Assembly (NCBI RefSeq): GCF_048593235.1
Contig: NC_133619.1
Coordinates: forward strand, 651,102,558 to 651,166,557
Source: Sminthopsis crassicaudata
Lineage: Eukaryota
Length of the DNA stretch: 64,000 nucleotides
Direction of reading: 5' to 3'
The stretch's first letter is position 1, and every line of letters starts with the position of its first letter. Positions 27,320-39,999 of this stretch are shown here, piece by piece. The notes below the pieces were generated by a model that worked only from the letters and a program-made list of their open reading frames with translations, was not told where the DNA came from and did not search any database. The position numbers were made by a program, and so were the translations under genes.

Positions 27320-29059
27320 GCTTTTGGCCAAGCTGAAGCCCGGGGGGAGGGGAGCACAGGGCCGCGAGGATGGGAGGGGGCACCAGGGGCCCTGCCATTG
27401 GCCTTGACTTCCCCCACATGACCGATCCCGCGCTACCGTGATCAGCCACCAGGGGGCGCTGCGGCGCCAGTCCCGCCAAGCTTTGCTGGTGGAGTTGGGG
27501 ACTGCTCCCCTGTCCTGGAGAGCCATGGGAGCTCTGGGCAAGAAGGTGGCGCGCGGGCGCCCTGACCGGGCTGCGCCCCAGAGAGACCGGAGGAAACGGG
27601 CGCGCCCGCTCGTACAGAGACAGTGGTGGCGGCAGCGCCCCCCGGAGGCCGGGCCTGTGAACCCGGAGAAAGGCAAAGGCGCTCCTCCCCTGCGGGGGCT
27701 GAGGGCCCCCGCCCCTCCCCCACCTCCCATCCCCCCTGTCCCAGCTCCTTAGAGCCAGGGCTGGCAGGCTGGCTTCTGGAAAGGGCCGTGAGGGATCACG
27801 GGCCGTCTTCGCCCGGCCATCGCGCTTCCAGGGCGGTCAGAAAGCGTCCTCAGGTTTCCCAGCGGACAAGAAGGTGCTGCTGCTGAGCTTGGCCCCTTGG
27901 GCACCTGGCTGCTTCTGCTCCGCGCCCTTCCTCTGCTGGTCCCAGACCCCGAAACACGCCCACTTCTTTCTTCTGGCCCCTTGCAGGCCGCCTCCCCGCC
28001 TGGACCACGGCAGTCCCGCTGCAGGCCCGGGCCTCCTGGGCCCCCCTGTCCGCCCAGGGTCCCACCCCCCAAGGCCGGCTCTGGCCCTTCAGCACCTCCG
28101 AACGAGCGCAAACCCCTCTGCGTCCCCGGGAGCAATCTGCACAAGGCAGCCCCTCCCCGGGACCCCAGTGAGGCCGGCCTCCCCGGACAAAAGCCTCCCA
28201 ACTGCAGACGAGACCAACCCCACCTCCCTCTCCTGGCTCCCAGGCTTCCTCCTCCCCCCGCCAAACCCCCACGGACAGGAAGCCTTTTCTGAGCCTCCAC
28301 GTCCTGAGGTCCTTTTTCATAACCCCCCAGCAGGCCGCGCGTGGAACTCCCAGCAGGCCGCGGGCTCCTTGAAGGTTGGGATGTAGTTCAGAGGAGCCGC
28401 CTTTTTTTCTTTGAAACATCTCCTGTGCTCGGGCAGCGGTTGGGGTGAGGGCTGGCAGGGGCCATAATTGCCGGGGGGGGGGGGGGGGGGGGGGAATCGG
28501 CCCTCAGGAAGCATCCTGCCCGCCCCCCACCTCACCCCGTATGTTTACGTCCCTTTTATTTCCGCGGAGAGTCCTCCCCCCCCCAACCAGCCCAGGAACA
28601 AACAAAAAGGGGGGGGAGAGGGGGAGGGCCGGAGAGATCGGCAGCTTATCAGAAGTCCCCAAGGAGCCCCCCAAATCTAAGAGTTTGTGCTCCCTCATCA
28701 CCCTCTCTCCAGAGAGGGAGCGGGGGGTTCTCGCCGCCCCCCAGATTCTGCCCCCTCGTGATGATTACACGCGCTAGCTTGGGCTCCGACTTGCAGGTTT
28801 TCTCGTTCCTTCCATTCGAGGTCACTGGCTATGTCTCTTGCTCCGCTCGGCTTCCTCGGGGGCGCCTCAGTTTCCCGTAGCGTCCTTATTCCCCACGGGA
28901 CACGCCATCCCCGGAGGTGCGGAGTGTCAGGCAGGGCTGGGGCGGGCGGGGGCACGCGGAGAGCTCCCCCTGCCCCTTCCCATCAGGCCTTTCCCCGAGG
29001 AGCTTCGGACCCAGGGCCGGCGTGTGCGCCGGGGACCTCGGGGCAGACCGGTTCCCCCG

Positions 29060-29322
29060 GCCTCCCTGCAGCTCCTCTCCCCGGCCTCCAGCTCCTCTCC
29101 CTGGCCTCCAGTTCTTCTCCGGGCTTCCCTCCGGCTCCTCTCCCCGGCCTCCAGCACCTCTCCCCAGCCTCCCTCCAGCTCCTCTTCCCAGCCTCCCTCC
29201 AGCTCCTCTTCCCAGCCTCCCTGCAGCTCCTCTCCCCGGCCTCCAGCTCCTCTCCCCGGCCTCCAGTTCTTCTCCGGGCCTCCCTCCAGCTCCTCTCCCC
29301 GGCCTCCAGCTCCTCTCCCCGG
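29060..29322. repeat. Pyrimidine-rich short tandem repeat (about 20-bp units)
   Basis: Repeated CGGCCTCCAGCTCCTCTCCC and CAGCCTCCCTCCAGCTCCTCTTCC variants. Confidence 0.85.
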
Positions 29323-29624
29323 CCTACCAAGGGCTAGCGTAGAGAGACACCTAGTGGACAAAAGGGGCGGAGCATGCCCTTTCTGGTGGGTCAATCGCTC
29401 GATTCTCCACAGGTGGAGGGGAGAGGGCAGCGGACAAGTTGGAGCCAATGGCAGGGGGGGAGGGGGAAAGGGGCGCCCCCTCGCCTCCACTCCGTTGGCC
29501 ACAGTGGGACTCAGCGCTGGAAAGGGCTTCCAAAACCACCTAGATCAAGTCCACTGAGAAAAGGAGTCCCAGGGAGGAAGTGGAAAAGCTGGGATTGGAA
29601 CTCAGGTCCTTTGGGGCAGCCGGG

Positions 29625-29820
29625 AAGGCTCGCCTCTCGGAGTTCAAACGCGGCCTCGGACACGTTGTAGCTGTCTGGCCCGTGGGCAAGTCCATTCAGC
29701 CCGTTTGCCTCCGTTTCCTTATCTGTAAAACGAGCTGGAGAAGGAGACCGCTAACTGGTCTAGTATCTCTACCAAGAAAATCTCAAGTCGGACATAACTT
29801 GAAAAATGACCAACAACAAT
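29625..29820 (+). mobile_element. MAR1-like CORE-SINE, diverged
   Basis: GAGTTCAAAC...GGCAAGTC...TTTCCTTATCTGTAAAACGAGCTGGAGAAGGA...ACCAACAACAA. Confidence 0.65.
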
Positions 29821-29844
29821 CACCTTCTGCCCCAGATCCTGATG

Positions 29845-30450
29845 TCAGGAGGAGGAGGAGGGGAGAGGGAGGAGGGAGGAAAAAGAGAGAGGAGGAGAGA
29901 GAATGAGGAGGAGGGAGGAAGAGGGGAGAGGGAGGAGGGAGGAAAAAGAGAGAGGAGGAGGAGGAGAGAGAATGAGGAGGAGGGAGGAAGAGGGGAGAGG
30001 GAGGAGGGAGGAAAAAGAGAGAGGAGGAGGAGGAGAGAGAATGAGGAGGGAGGAGGAGGGAGGGAGAGGGAGGAAAAAGAGAGAGGAGGAGGAGGAGAGA
30101 GAATGAGGAGGGAGGAGGAAGAAGGAGGGAGGAGGCAGGAAAAAGAGAGAGGAGGAGGAGAGAGAATGAGGAGGGAGGAGGAAGAGGGGAGAGGGAGGAG
30201 GCAGGAAAAAGAGAGAGGAGGAGGAGGAGAGAGAATGAGGAGGGAGGAGGAGGGAGGGAGAGGGAGGAGGGAGGAAAAAGAGAGAGGAGGAGGAGAGAGA
30301 ATGAGGAGGAGGGAGGAAGAGGGGAGAGGGAGGAGGGAGGAAAAAGAGAGGAGGAGGAGAGAGAATGAGGAGAGAGGAGGAGGAAGGAGGGAGGAGGCAG
30401 GAAAAAGAGAAAGGAGGAGGAGAGAGAATGAGGAGGGAGGAGGAGGACAC
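29845..30450. repeat. Polypurine complex repeat (about 50-60-bp units)
   Basis: Nearly pure G/A strand built from GAGGAGGGAGGAAAAAGAGAGAGGAGGAGGAGAGAGAATGAG units. Confidence 0.95.
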
Positions 30451-30941
30451 GTAGAATGGAGAGGTCTCTGAAGCGCAGGAAATCCCAGTATCCTCCCTGG
30501 AGATGTAGCGGGTGAGTTGGGCTTTCAAAGTTGAGAGAAAATTTCAAATATCGGGGGTGGGGTGAGAGTGCTTGGCCACGCCCCGAAGCCCGAAGGCTCT
30601 GCCAATCACACGTTTGCTCCGGGCTTCTTAAGGGCAGGACGACGACTTTAGAGTTGGAAGGGACCTTAGAGGTAATTGGGTCCATTCCTTGATTTTACAG
30701 ATGTGGAAACTGAGGCTGCGAGCAAAGGGAAGACTCGCAGGCAGACTCGGAGAGGAGAGTGTCAGAGGCAGGAGTTGGGGTCTCCTGCCGCTCGCTCGCT
30801 TTGCCGGAAGAGCAGCGATGGCTTGGCAGCAATGCCCCTGGTTCCCTGGTGCCCCCAGGCTCTGAGCTCGGGAGAGCGGGTACATGGCGGTGCTGAGGCC
30901 TGGGGCCTTCGGGAGGAGGAGCCGGGCTGGGGGAAGGAGGA

Positions 30942-31487
30942 TGTTAGGATGCTTACAAGGTGCTAAGTCCCTGGAATGGATAGAATTATCTAATTTAGCG
31001 CGGTTCAGTATGATGGATCTGACCCTACAAGGAGATGTTATGGGCCGGAACTTGAGACAAGTCACTGAGTGGGACTGAGGAGACAGTGATTAAATCTAGG
31101 TTAGCATTGATTTAATCTACCACAAATAACGGTTTTCCTGGTGATGTAATGACTGGTGAGTACTCAGTGTGGAGCATATGAGGAGTCTCAGAACTTCAAG
31201 GGAGCTCCAGGAGATTCAGAGTGAAGATTCATTCCCACGTCCACCTTCGTGCTGGCCGGAGACGTTCGGACAAGCGCTCTCGGGAGCCAAGGAGAGAGGA
31301 AGCCTCCAGAAAACGAGCCCCAAGTGGAGGAGAGAAGATTTGGAAAGAGGCAGTAAAGGACTTTACCTCCCGCCTGCATTTGGGACTATGGAACTGGACT
31401 GAAAGTAAGGCGGCCTCCAGAAGGACCCCAGGAAACCTGCACCAAGAGAACGATTACAATTTCCAGTTTAGAGAAGAGAACATCACA
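30942..31487 (+). mobile_element. Solo LTR, same family as 21420-21907, opposite orientation
   Basis: Termini TGTTAGG...CATCACA. It shares long blocks with the other copy, such as ATCTAATTTAGCGCGGTTCAG and GATGGATCTGACCCTACAAGGAGATGTTATGGGCC. Confidence 0.8.
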
Positions 31488-33606
31488 ATGAGGAGACTGG
31501 GCGGGGAGGAGGGGGGGGAGGAGGAGGGGCCTGGGTCCAGGAGCAGGAGGACCAACCTGCTCAAACAGAAAGGAAGGAGGGATCGTCCTGGGCAAGTCTA
31601 GTCCCATCCTCACTTTACATGTTAAACCCCTCTCCCAAGGTTGCAAAGGGGCGTGGCCAAGCCAGGATTTGTACCAGGGCAGGAAGTGTAGGAGGGAGGG
31701 TCTGCACTGTCTGGCCGGACTAGATGCCCTCTAAAGTCCAGGCCTGGAGGGGGAGGGGCGAGAAGGGGAGAAAGAGACTCTGGTGGTTGCCCAGGGCAGT
31801 GGGGAGACAGGCTGGGGGGCTATTGGGAGAAGTGAATATCAATGTCAGGGCCCCTCCCACTCCCCCTGACCCATGGTCCCTCCCTGAGGGGCAGAGCACT
31901 TGTGACTCTACCCATTGCATAAAGGAGGAAACTGAGGCTCTTGGGATCAGGTAGAATATTCCCAGGAGGAGCAGAAATTTGAACTGTGGCCCAGGACTCC
32001 ATGACACATCAGCCGGTCCTTCCCCCCTGCCAGCTTCCCTTTCACCATCTCTAAAATGGAGGGAGCGCACCAAGTGGGAGATGCAAAGGCCAGCATTACT
32101 GCTGTTGTTACCCAGCATCTGGGTGTCCCATGGTTCCTTCCCCTCTCTGACCTCAGGTTCCCCTCTTTAAATGGAAGGCAATCAGACTCCTGGTCTGCAG
32201 GGACTGTAACCCCAGGAAGGTCCCCCTAATGCAGCTCTGATGGCCCCCTAAAATGCAGTAGAGAGATTAAGGGGCAGGAGATCTGGGCCCAGCTTTCCCC
32301 TGCATCCAGGGTCCAGGGTTCTGCCCATTAAGTGATGAGACTGCAGTCAGTGATCCCCAAAGTCCTTTCTCGCTTTGGCAGCCGGAGCCCAAGATCTTGG
32401 GAGGGACCCCAAGGAGGCGATGGGGGCTGGCTGGGCTGCTGGAGGTGGCAGTGGGGGCAGGAGGAAGAATTGTCACCCTCCCTAGAGCCAGCCCTGCCAG
32501 CCCCCATGGAAGGACAGCAACCACGTGGGCACCAGCCCCCTCCCCCCATCAGCACTGGGATAGGGCGAGGAGGCTGGACCCCAGGGACCATCTGCTTGTG
32601 CTCAGCTGCCCCTAAAACAGCCTGCCTTGTCCTCCACTGCAGGGAGCTCAGGCAACGGGCGCTGGGCCAGATCCGGTGGTCCAAGGAGGGTCTTCTCCAG
32701 CTAGGGACACAGGGACAAGGGATGAGGAAGCCCCGAGTTCAGATAGTGAAAGAGCTGCGAGATCCTAGTCAAGTCATCTGACTTCTCTGTCTCAGTTCTT
32801 AAATGGAGATATAATGGCATCTTCCACTCGGAGATGTTATTATTTAGGGAGATGCTAGTGAAGTGTTTAGCATGGTGCACACAGTAGGCATTTAATAAAT
32901 GTTTGTTCTCTCCCCTCTAATGCTAAGATGATCACTCCTTGGGCAGGAATTACACTTTTTTGAGAGAGAAACTAGATTCCTGGGGTTGGGACACCCAGAT
33001 GGGTGGAGGATACGGATGCTGCCCTGGGGGCAGATGGTGGCATTGGGATTCGGGTTCGCCTGTCGTGAGTCCTCTCCGCTACTGGGCTGGGGGTCCTGAG
33101 CTGGCTCCTGGGGATGGGGAGAAGGGTCTGCCAGTGCCAGCAGGGGCTCCAGAGGCAGGATGGACATAGGAAGAGGGGGGCAGAACCTGGGGGATGGAGG
33201 AGTTTCTCTTGGACTCCCCGCATCAGCATCAGGACCCCCTCCATCTGCCCAGCCCCAGGAGTCCTTGACGCCCACAGAGCCTGCCCGAGCTGCAGGACCA
33301 CGGAGAGCTGGAAACACCAGGGGGTCCCCATGGAAGTCTGGGCTTGTGATCAAGCTGTGGTGTGTCACTGTACACTCTTCTCCCAGTAATTAGGAGTCAG
33401 GCCCCCCACACCCCCAGACATCTCCCCGGGCCCCAGCACTTTCACCCCTGTAAAACCTCTACTTTTTCTCCCCAGTCCCCTCCCCTGGACAGCCAGTAAT
33501 CCAGCATAGGGTAAACTTTTCCTTCACACATTACAAATCACATTAAATGGAGTAACAACAGGGGCTTGGAACACTAGGCTAGCGTCCTCCAATTTGATTC
33601 CCAAGC

Positions 33607-33710
33607 TTTTTTCCCACGCCAGGAAGCGTTAAGTGTCTGCGGTTAAATTTGAACTCAGATCCCTCTGACTTCAGGGCTGGTGCTCTGTCCACTGCGCCAC
33701 CTAGTGGCCC
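33607..33710 (-). mobile_element. tRNA-derived SINE with truncated tail
   Basis: The reverse complement GGGCCACTAGGTGGCGCAGTGGACAGAGCACCAGCCCTGAAGTCAG...GAGTTCAAAT matches the other SINEs in the window. Confidence 0.85.
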
Positions 33711-36269
33711 GTATAGATTATTTCTAAATTAAATCTAAGGGACTGTCTTTGTCACACACAAATCTCTATTTGCTATTAGAACCATGTGTTTAAAATGGCA
33801 AAAATAAGTTTTTTTCTCTTTAAGGCACTTTGATCAGGGCTTTTCTATCATAGCCTTAAATGTACCACTGCAAAAGCTGTTTTTATAAATAATGTTGGTG
33901 AACAAATATATAGCTACATTATATTCCCAAAGCCAGGAGACTTTAGGATCACTGACAGATTATTAGGACAATAACTCTCCCAAAGTCTAGGGAAAGAAAT
34001 CTATAACTATATTATTATGTTCCCAAGGCCAAAAGATTTTAGGATCATCAACAGAAAGATTGTTAGAACAATATCACTCTAAAGCCGGAGGACCTCAGGA
34101 TTACTGAAATGTCTTACCTAAAGTCTAGGGAAAGAAATAATATAACTACCTTATTATAGTCCCAAGGTCAGAAGATTTTAGGATCATTGACAGACAGACT
34201 GTTAGAACAACAGCACTCCAAGGTCAGGAACCTCAGGATTACTGCTATATTTCCCCTAGAAGCTATATCCTATCAATTTCCTAGCATATCTAGTTTGAAA
34301 TCCTAGGAATGCAAAGCTAAAATGCTTCAGGCAGCTCCTCGCTTTATAAATTTCAGATACTTAAAAGAGGCAAAGGTTTGAGAATTAATCAAGTTCCTTA
34401 AGGAAGCAAGGGAAAAGCTTATGTGGAGATGGGGGAAAGAAATACATGAATTTATGAATAATATTTTTCTTTTGAAGTGCTAAGAATGCTGGACCCTGGA
34501 AATTAAAATGTTACCATTAGCAATTATAAATCTGGATTTGATTTGATTTAAACCAAAATCTGTCCTGAAGGAAATAATAAAAACAGGGTCTGAATGTGCT
34601 CTTCTAACAGGATAATTATAGTAAATTAGAACCTAACACAAAAGACTTTTCTTATTTGGCATTAAGAAATTTGTTAGTTATATGACCCCACAAAAGTTAC
34701 CTTATATCTCTTTACTTCTGTTTACTGTTCTGTAAAAGGAGAATAATAGCACCATGGTAGTGTGAGGATCACATGATTATAAAGTGCTTAGCATAGAGTT
34801 ATATAAATGTCGACTGTTTTTATTATCTCTTTAATTAGATGTAATTGCTTTATATTTGATGTTACATGGATTTTTAATGTGTTCATTATACATTGCCAAT
34901 GGTGATGAGATGAATGTTTTTCTGTATAAGGTAACATGGAAGCACACTTACCTGAATTGAGGCTACCTGATTGGTAATGAGTTTTGTTTAAAGTTTAAAA
35001 TACATGATATTATTTTTGATATTGTCCAAATTTTCTTATATTATGCAATCCAGTAAGCTATTAGCTATGATTAAAAAAATTCTAGTGATATATTTTATAT
35101 CAGAGTAAGTTTATATTCTAGAATAAGACAAAAGAAAGAAAAATTTTAAATATGCAGCAAACTTTGTGATTGTGATCAGATTAACTTAATTGGGTATAAT
35201 TTTTTTGACTTAGAAAAATTGAATACCCTCCCCATTGAAAACACCTTTAACGAGAGGAGGATGGTACTTAGGAATTTGTGATGATTAGGGATTTATTTTG
35301 GTTTTTATGGAACTTTTGGGATGTATTTATCATCCTTAAAAAATTTACATCAACTTAGCTTTCATAAATACCAATTTTAAGGATTTACTTTTGGTTTAAG
35401 GTTGAATAAAAGATAGCTATAAGACTAGAGGTTTCCAATTAATTTATTTCATGAAAATCTAGTGATAATCTTTTTAACATCATGATAAATTTTAAGCTGT
35501 TTTAAGAAAAGCAAATACTTTTAGGAAAGAATATTTAATAAATAAAAATATTGTATATTTTTTGAGAGTGGATTTTAGAAGGTCTGATGGTTTGCCTTTT
35601 TTTTTTCTTGTAAACTGTAATTAGTGAGATTATTGGAGAAAGTTTTTTTAGGACCTTGAATATTCTTTCTGAGTTTCATTCATAGGTTTGTTGTGTCCTT
35701 GGACCAGTTTTAAAAGGGTACTCTAAGACAAAAACGTAGAGTCAGCAGCTCAGTGGAAGCAGTATCTAACGTCCAAGGCTTGTGAAAATCTGTCCCTGGG
35801 AATAAGAGAGGGTTGGATTTTTCTTAATTTATTTTCCCATATGAGAAATCTGTCTACCTGGTTCCATGTGCTAGGCTATTTATAGTGGCGTAGGCCTTGA
35901 GGACCAGTTTTGATGTTGTTAGAAGCATGTGTCTGCTTACAGCTCTTACAGCAAAATTTCTATTATCAGGGTAAGCTAACAGCAAAAGCTTGTTTTTGCA
36001 ATACTGAATCTATTAGTTAGACTAATACTAAAGCAACTGCATTATTATAATAAGCTGCAAGTGGGAAAGATCTTGCTGTTTTGATCTGGATTTGGGGCTC
36101 AGAAAGAGTTAAATTAATGCCTAAACTTGTCATAATATTCAATTTCTGAAGTTTCTCATTCTTTCAAAATGATATGGATAGAGACATTTGTGAAATAAAG
36201 AGCTAAATTTATTAATTTGTCAGGTTAAAGTCAAAAATCTATATATTTTTGTTTTAAGGAATAGAATTT

Positions 36270-37400
36270 TTAAAAAATTTTAAAAATTAATTTTGTAATT
36301 ATAACATTTTTTAACAGTACATATGCATGGGTAATTTTTTACAACATTATCCCTTGCACTCCCTTCTGTTCCAAATTTTCCCTCCTTCCCTCCACCCCCC
36401 CCCCATGGCAGGCAGTCCCATATATGTTAAATATGTTATAGTATATCCTAGATACAATATATGTGTGCAGAACCGAATTTTTTGTTGCACAGAAAGAATT
36501 GGATTCAGAAGGTAAAAATAACCTGGGAAGAAAAACAAAAGCGCAAACAGTTTACACTCATTTCCCAGTGTTCCTTTCCTGGGTGTGGCTGATTCTGTCC
36601 ATCACTAGATCAATTGGAACTGAATTAGATTTTCTCTTTGTTGAAGATCTCCACTTCCATCACAATACATCCTCATATAGTATTGTTGTTGAAGTGTATA
36701 ATGATCTTCTGGTTCTGCTCATTTCACTCAGCATCAGTTGATTTAAGTCTCTCCAAGCTTCTCTGTCTTCATCCTGCTGGTCATTTCTTACAGAGCAATA
36801 ATATTCCATAACCTTCATATACCATAATTTACCCAACCATTCTCCAACTGATGGACATCCATTCATCTTCCAGTTTCTGGCCACTATGAAAAGAGCTGCC
36901 ACAAACATTTTGGCACATACAGGTCCCTTTCCCTTCTTTAGTATTTCCTTGGGATATAAGCCCAATAACAGCAATGCTGGATCAAAGGGTATGCATAGTT
37001 TGATAACTTTTAGAGGATAATTCCAGATTGCTCTCCAGAATGGCCGGATTCTTTCACAGCTCCACCAACAATGCATCAGTGTCCCAGTTTCCCCACATCC
37101 CCTCCAACATTCATCATTATTTGTTCCTGTCATCTTAGCCAATCTGACAGGTGTGTAGTGGTATCTCAGAGTTGTCTTAATTTGCATTTCTCTGATCAAT
37201 AGTGATTTGGAACACTCTTTCATGTGAGTGGATATAGTTTCAATTTCATCATCTGAGAATTGTCTGTTCATATCCTTTGACCATTTATCAGTTGGAGAAT
37301 GGCTTGATTACTTATAAATTAGAATCAATTCTCTATATATTTTGGAAATGAGGCCCTTATCAGAACCTTTACCTGTAAAAATGTTTTCCCAGTTTGTTAC
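36270..37400 (-). mobile_element. Young 5'-truncated L1 with a 16-bp TSD
   Basis: Open ORF2 C-terminus at 36660-37271 (MNRQFSDDEIETISTHMKEC...CWRGCGETGTLMHCWWSC), a 3' UTR, and TSD TTAAGGAATAGAATTT at 36254-36269 and 37401-37416. Confidence 0.97.
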
Positions 37401-38385
37401 TTAAGGAATAGAATTTCAATACAGGCAGTTATGTTAGTGAAGAATAATAATTTATAACTAATATAAAATTCATTAACACATTATATACATTATATACAAT
37501 GTATCATGCAATTGTGTATTATTAATTAATATTAATTCATTAATATATTCATTGATAAATAAAATTCATAAATATATGTCAATTAGAGGAAAGAAAAAGC
37601 ATCTATGTAGCATGTTATATCACTAATTATATCAAGTTGAGTTGTGATTGTTCTGTGATGAATCTCTTATACTATTACTAATGTGATATTATAGTCACTA
37701 TTTTTATCTAGTATATGTGATCCTTGAGAGCCAAGTTACTGGAAGCTTTGATTATTGGAACTTAATTAATTTAATTTAATTCAATTATTAATTTAAGATC
37801 TTATGGTGCTCTATTATTGTTCTCAGTCTGCCTGCAGATTCGATCATCAAGAAATTGCTGTTAGGCTCAGGATTCAAGATGCCAGCAGCCCTATAAGGTG
37901 GACATGAAAGGATGGCTTATGTCTATTTTGCAAATGCCTCAAGGAGACATCGACTTTTGTTAGGAGTTCTTCATTTGCACATGGCCAGAAGTTGAAAATG
38001 TTATAAATAACTTACTTGCTATGCACTTTTAAAATTAATTATTCAATGTATTCACATATCCTATGCCAGAACCTTTTGTTACAAGTGAAGTTAATCTGGC
38101 AACTTCTAAATGAATTCATTTGTGCATAAGAGTCCATCTGATAAAAAGTCGATTGTTTTTAATTAAGTCCTTAGCACAATCTCTTCCTTCTAATGGGGAA
38201 ATTGTGTGTGTATGAGGTAGTATATGTATGCATGTATCAACGTGGCAATTGGGCACCTGAAAATGTCAATTCCCTGGTCTAAGAGGTTCCAAATTCGGTT
38301 TTCTGGTACTAGAGACATAAGGTTTGAATTCATTGCCATTATTTGAGGTTATAGGCCGAGTAAATTCGGAGTTAAGACAAATTCA

Positions 38386-38533
38386 GGGGGCCGCTAGGGG
38401 GCGCAGTGGACAGAGCACCAGCCCTGAAGTCAGGAGGACCCCAGTTCAAATCCGGCTTCAGACACTTAACACTTCCCAGCTGTGTGACCCTGGGCAAGTC
38501 ACTTAACCCCAGCCTCAGGAAAATTAAAAAAAA
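38386..38533 (+). mobile_element. tRNA-derived CORE-SINE with TSD
   Basis: SINE head and core with an A tail; TSD AAGACAAATT at 38374-38383 and 38534-38543. Confidence 0.92.
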
Positions 38534-39999
38534 AAGACAAATTGTGTAGATTTTGAGGATCTCTACAAGCGACCTGAACGACAGCACTGGGACCCCCGCG
38601 AACAGATGGAGACTTATCTCACTGGGCATTGTCCCCTTTTATCTGCAAGGTCCCCTTCTCAAACGGGCTGGCTCTGATTTCGTCCAAGCGCCTGAATCCC
38701 TGTTCCCCTCCCGGGGTCTCCCCTCGGAAGCCCCTAGTTAGAAACCCTTGGGGGAGCGTTTATCGGCCGAGACTTTCAATAGAATCAAATGGGGGAATAG
38801 AGAAGTGATTATTTCTCACATGAATATCCAAGTATTAAAACTGGGCAGACGCCAGCCCCGCCCCCCCATTTCCTCGGCGGGTCCCTCAGGGACAGGGCTG
38901 AGGGAGGACTAGGCCACGTCTCTGGGGATCACTCCTCCCGCCCCCTGGATGCGCTCCCCACTGCTGCGGACGGGGGCGCTGTCTCGGAGCGGATCGCCTC
39001 CGCGGGGTCACCAGAAGGAGGTGCGGGACACAGTCCGGGGGCGGCCCCTTACTCAGTACTCCCTCACGGGCTGTGAAGCCGCCGGCCCAGGGGCACCCTC
39101 CTCCCGGGAGCGCAGTCTGCCCCCTCCCCGCCCCCACTGGTGTAAGACAGAGGTGCCCACAGAGCCGTCCCTCTCTTAAAGGCCTGGTTGTTCATGAATC
39201 GGTTACGCGGCGCATACGTGGGACCCCCCCCTGAAGGATTATGGGCCGCTCCCCCCCCCCCCCCCGCCGGCTTTGCCCTCCATCGCCCGAGAGCTGGGCC
39301 CCTGGCCCGGAGTGCGGGAGCCCCCAAGGTCAAGGGCAGAGCCTCCTGCCTCCTCCGGCCGGCTCCGCCGCACTGCCCCTGGGATCCCCGCGGCACGTGG
39401 CCGGGTGGCCGTCCCGCTCCCACTGCTCGCCACACCACCCGGAGCGCTGCCGTCCCTCCCCGCGGGGGCGTGGGGGGAGGGGCTCCACCTGAGGAGGGGG
39501 ACACCCGGCACCAGCCCCGCGAGCCCATGGCCCAGAGGCGCCGCCCCTCTCCGGAGGAGAGCCCGTTCTTCCGGAAGGGGGCGTCAGCTTTGGGAGGGCC
39601 TTGAAGAAAGGAGGGCAGGGCCCCTTCTGGCTCTTTCTGTGCCCTCGGTGCCGGCACGGAGTAGGCACTTCGTAAATGTCCGCCGATTGACCGACGGACC
39701 GACCCTGCGCACTTCACCCAGCGCGCCGGACGCGAACCAGCGCTCACAAAGCACAAGCACACCAAGGGCCTTAGATGCGGGCGGAGACCCCGAGGCGTTT
39801 CCTGCAGCCACCAGAGGGCGCTCCGCACACGGAGACCGAGCGACCGAGTGAACTCCCAGGGTCACCCCTCCCCTCCCCGGCTATTAAATTCGGACATCCC
39901 CACGAGGAGCCAGAACGTTCCAAAGTCTCTCACCTCCAAGGGCAGAGCCCGCTGAAATAAGCGTTGTAGCCCCTCCCCCCTCCTCACCCCCACCCCAGC

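Noticed and set aside
29783-30685. Leu/Pro/Ser-rich and Arg/Glu-rich ORFs
   Set aside because: They are translations of the polypurine repeat.
32892-33368. Minus-strand ORFs including a signal-peptide-like MGTPWCFQLSVVLQLG
   Set aside because: There is no GT donor at the position expected for an LRC leader exon, and no downstream Ig exon was found.
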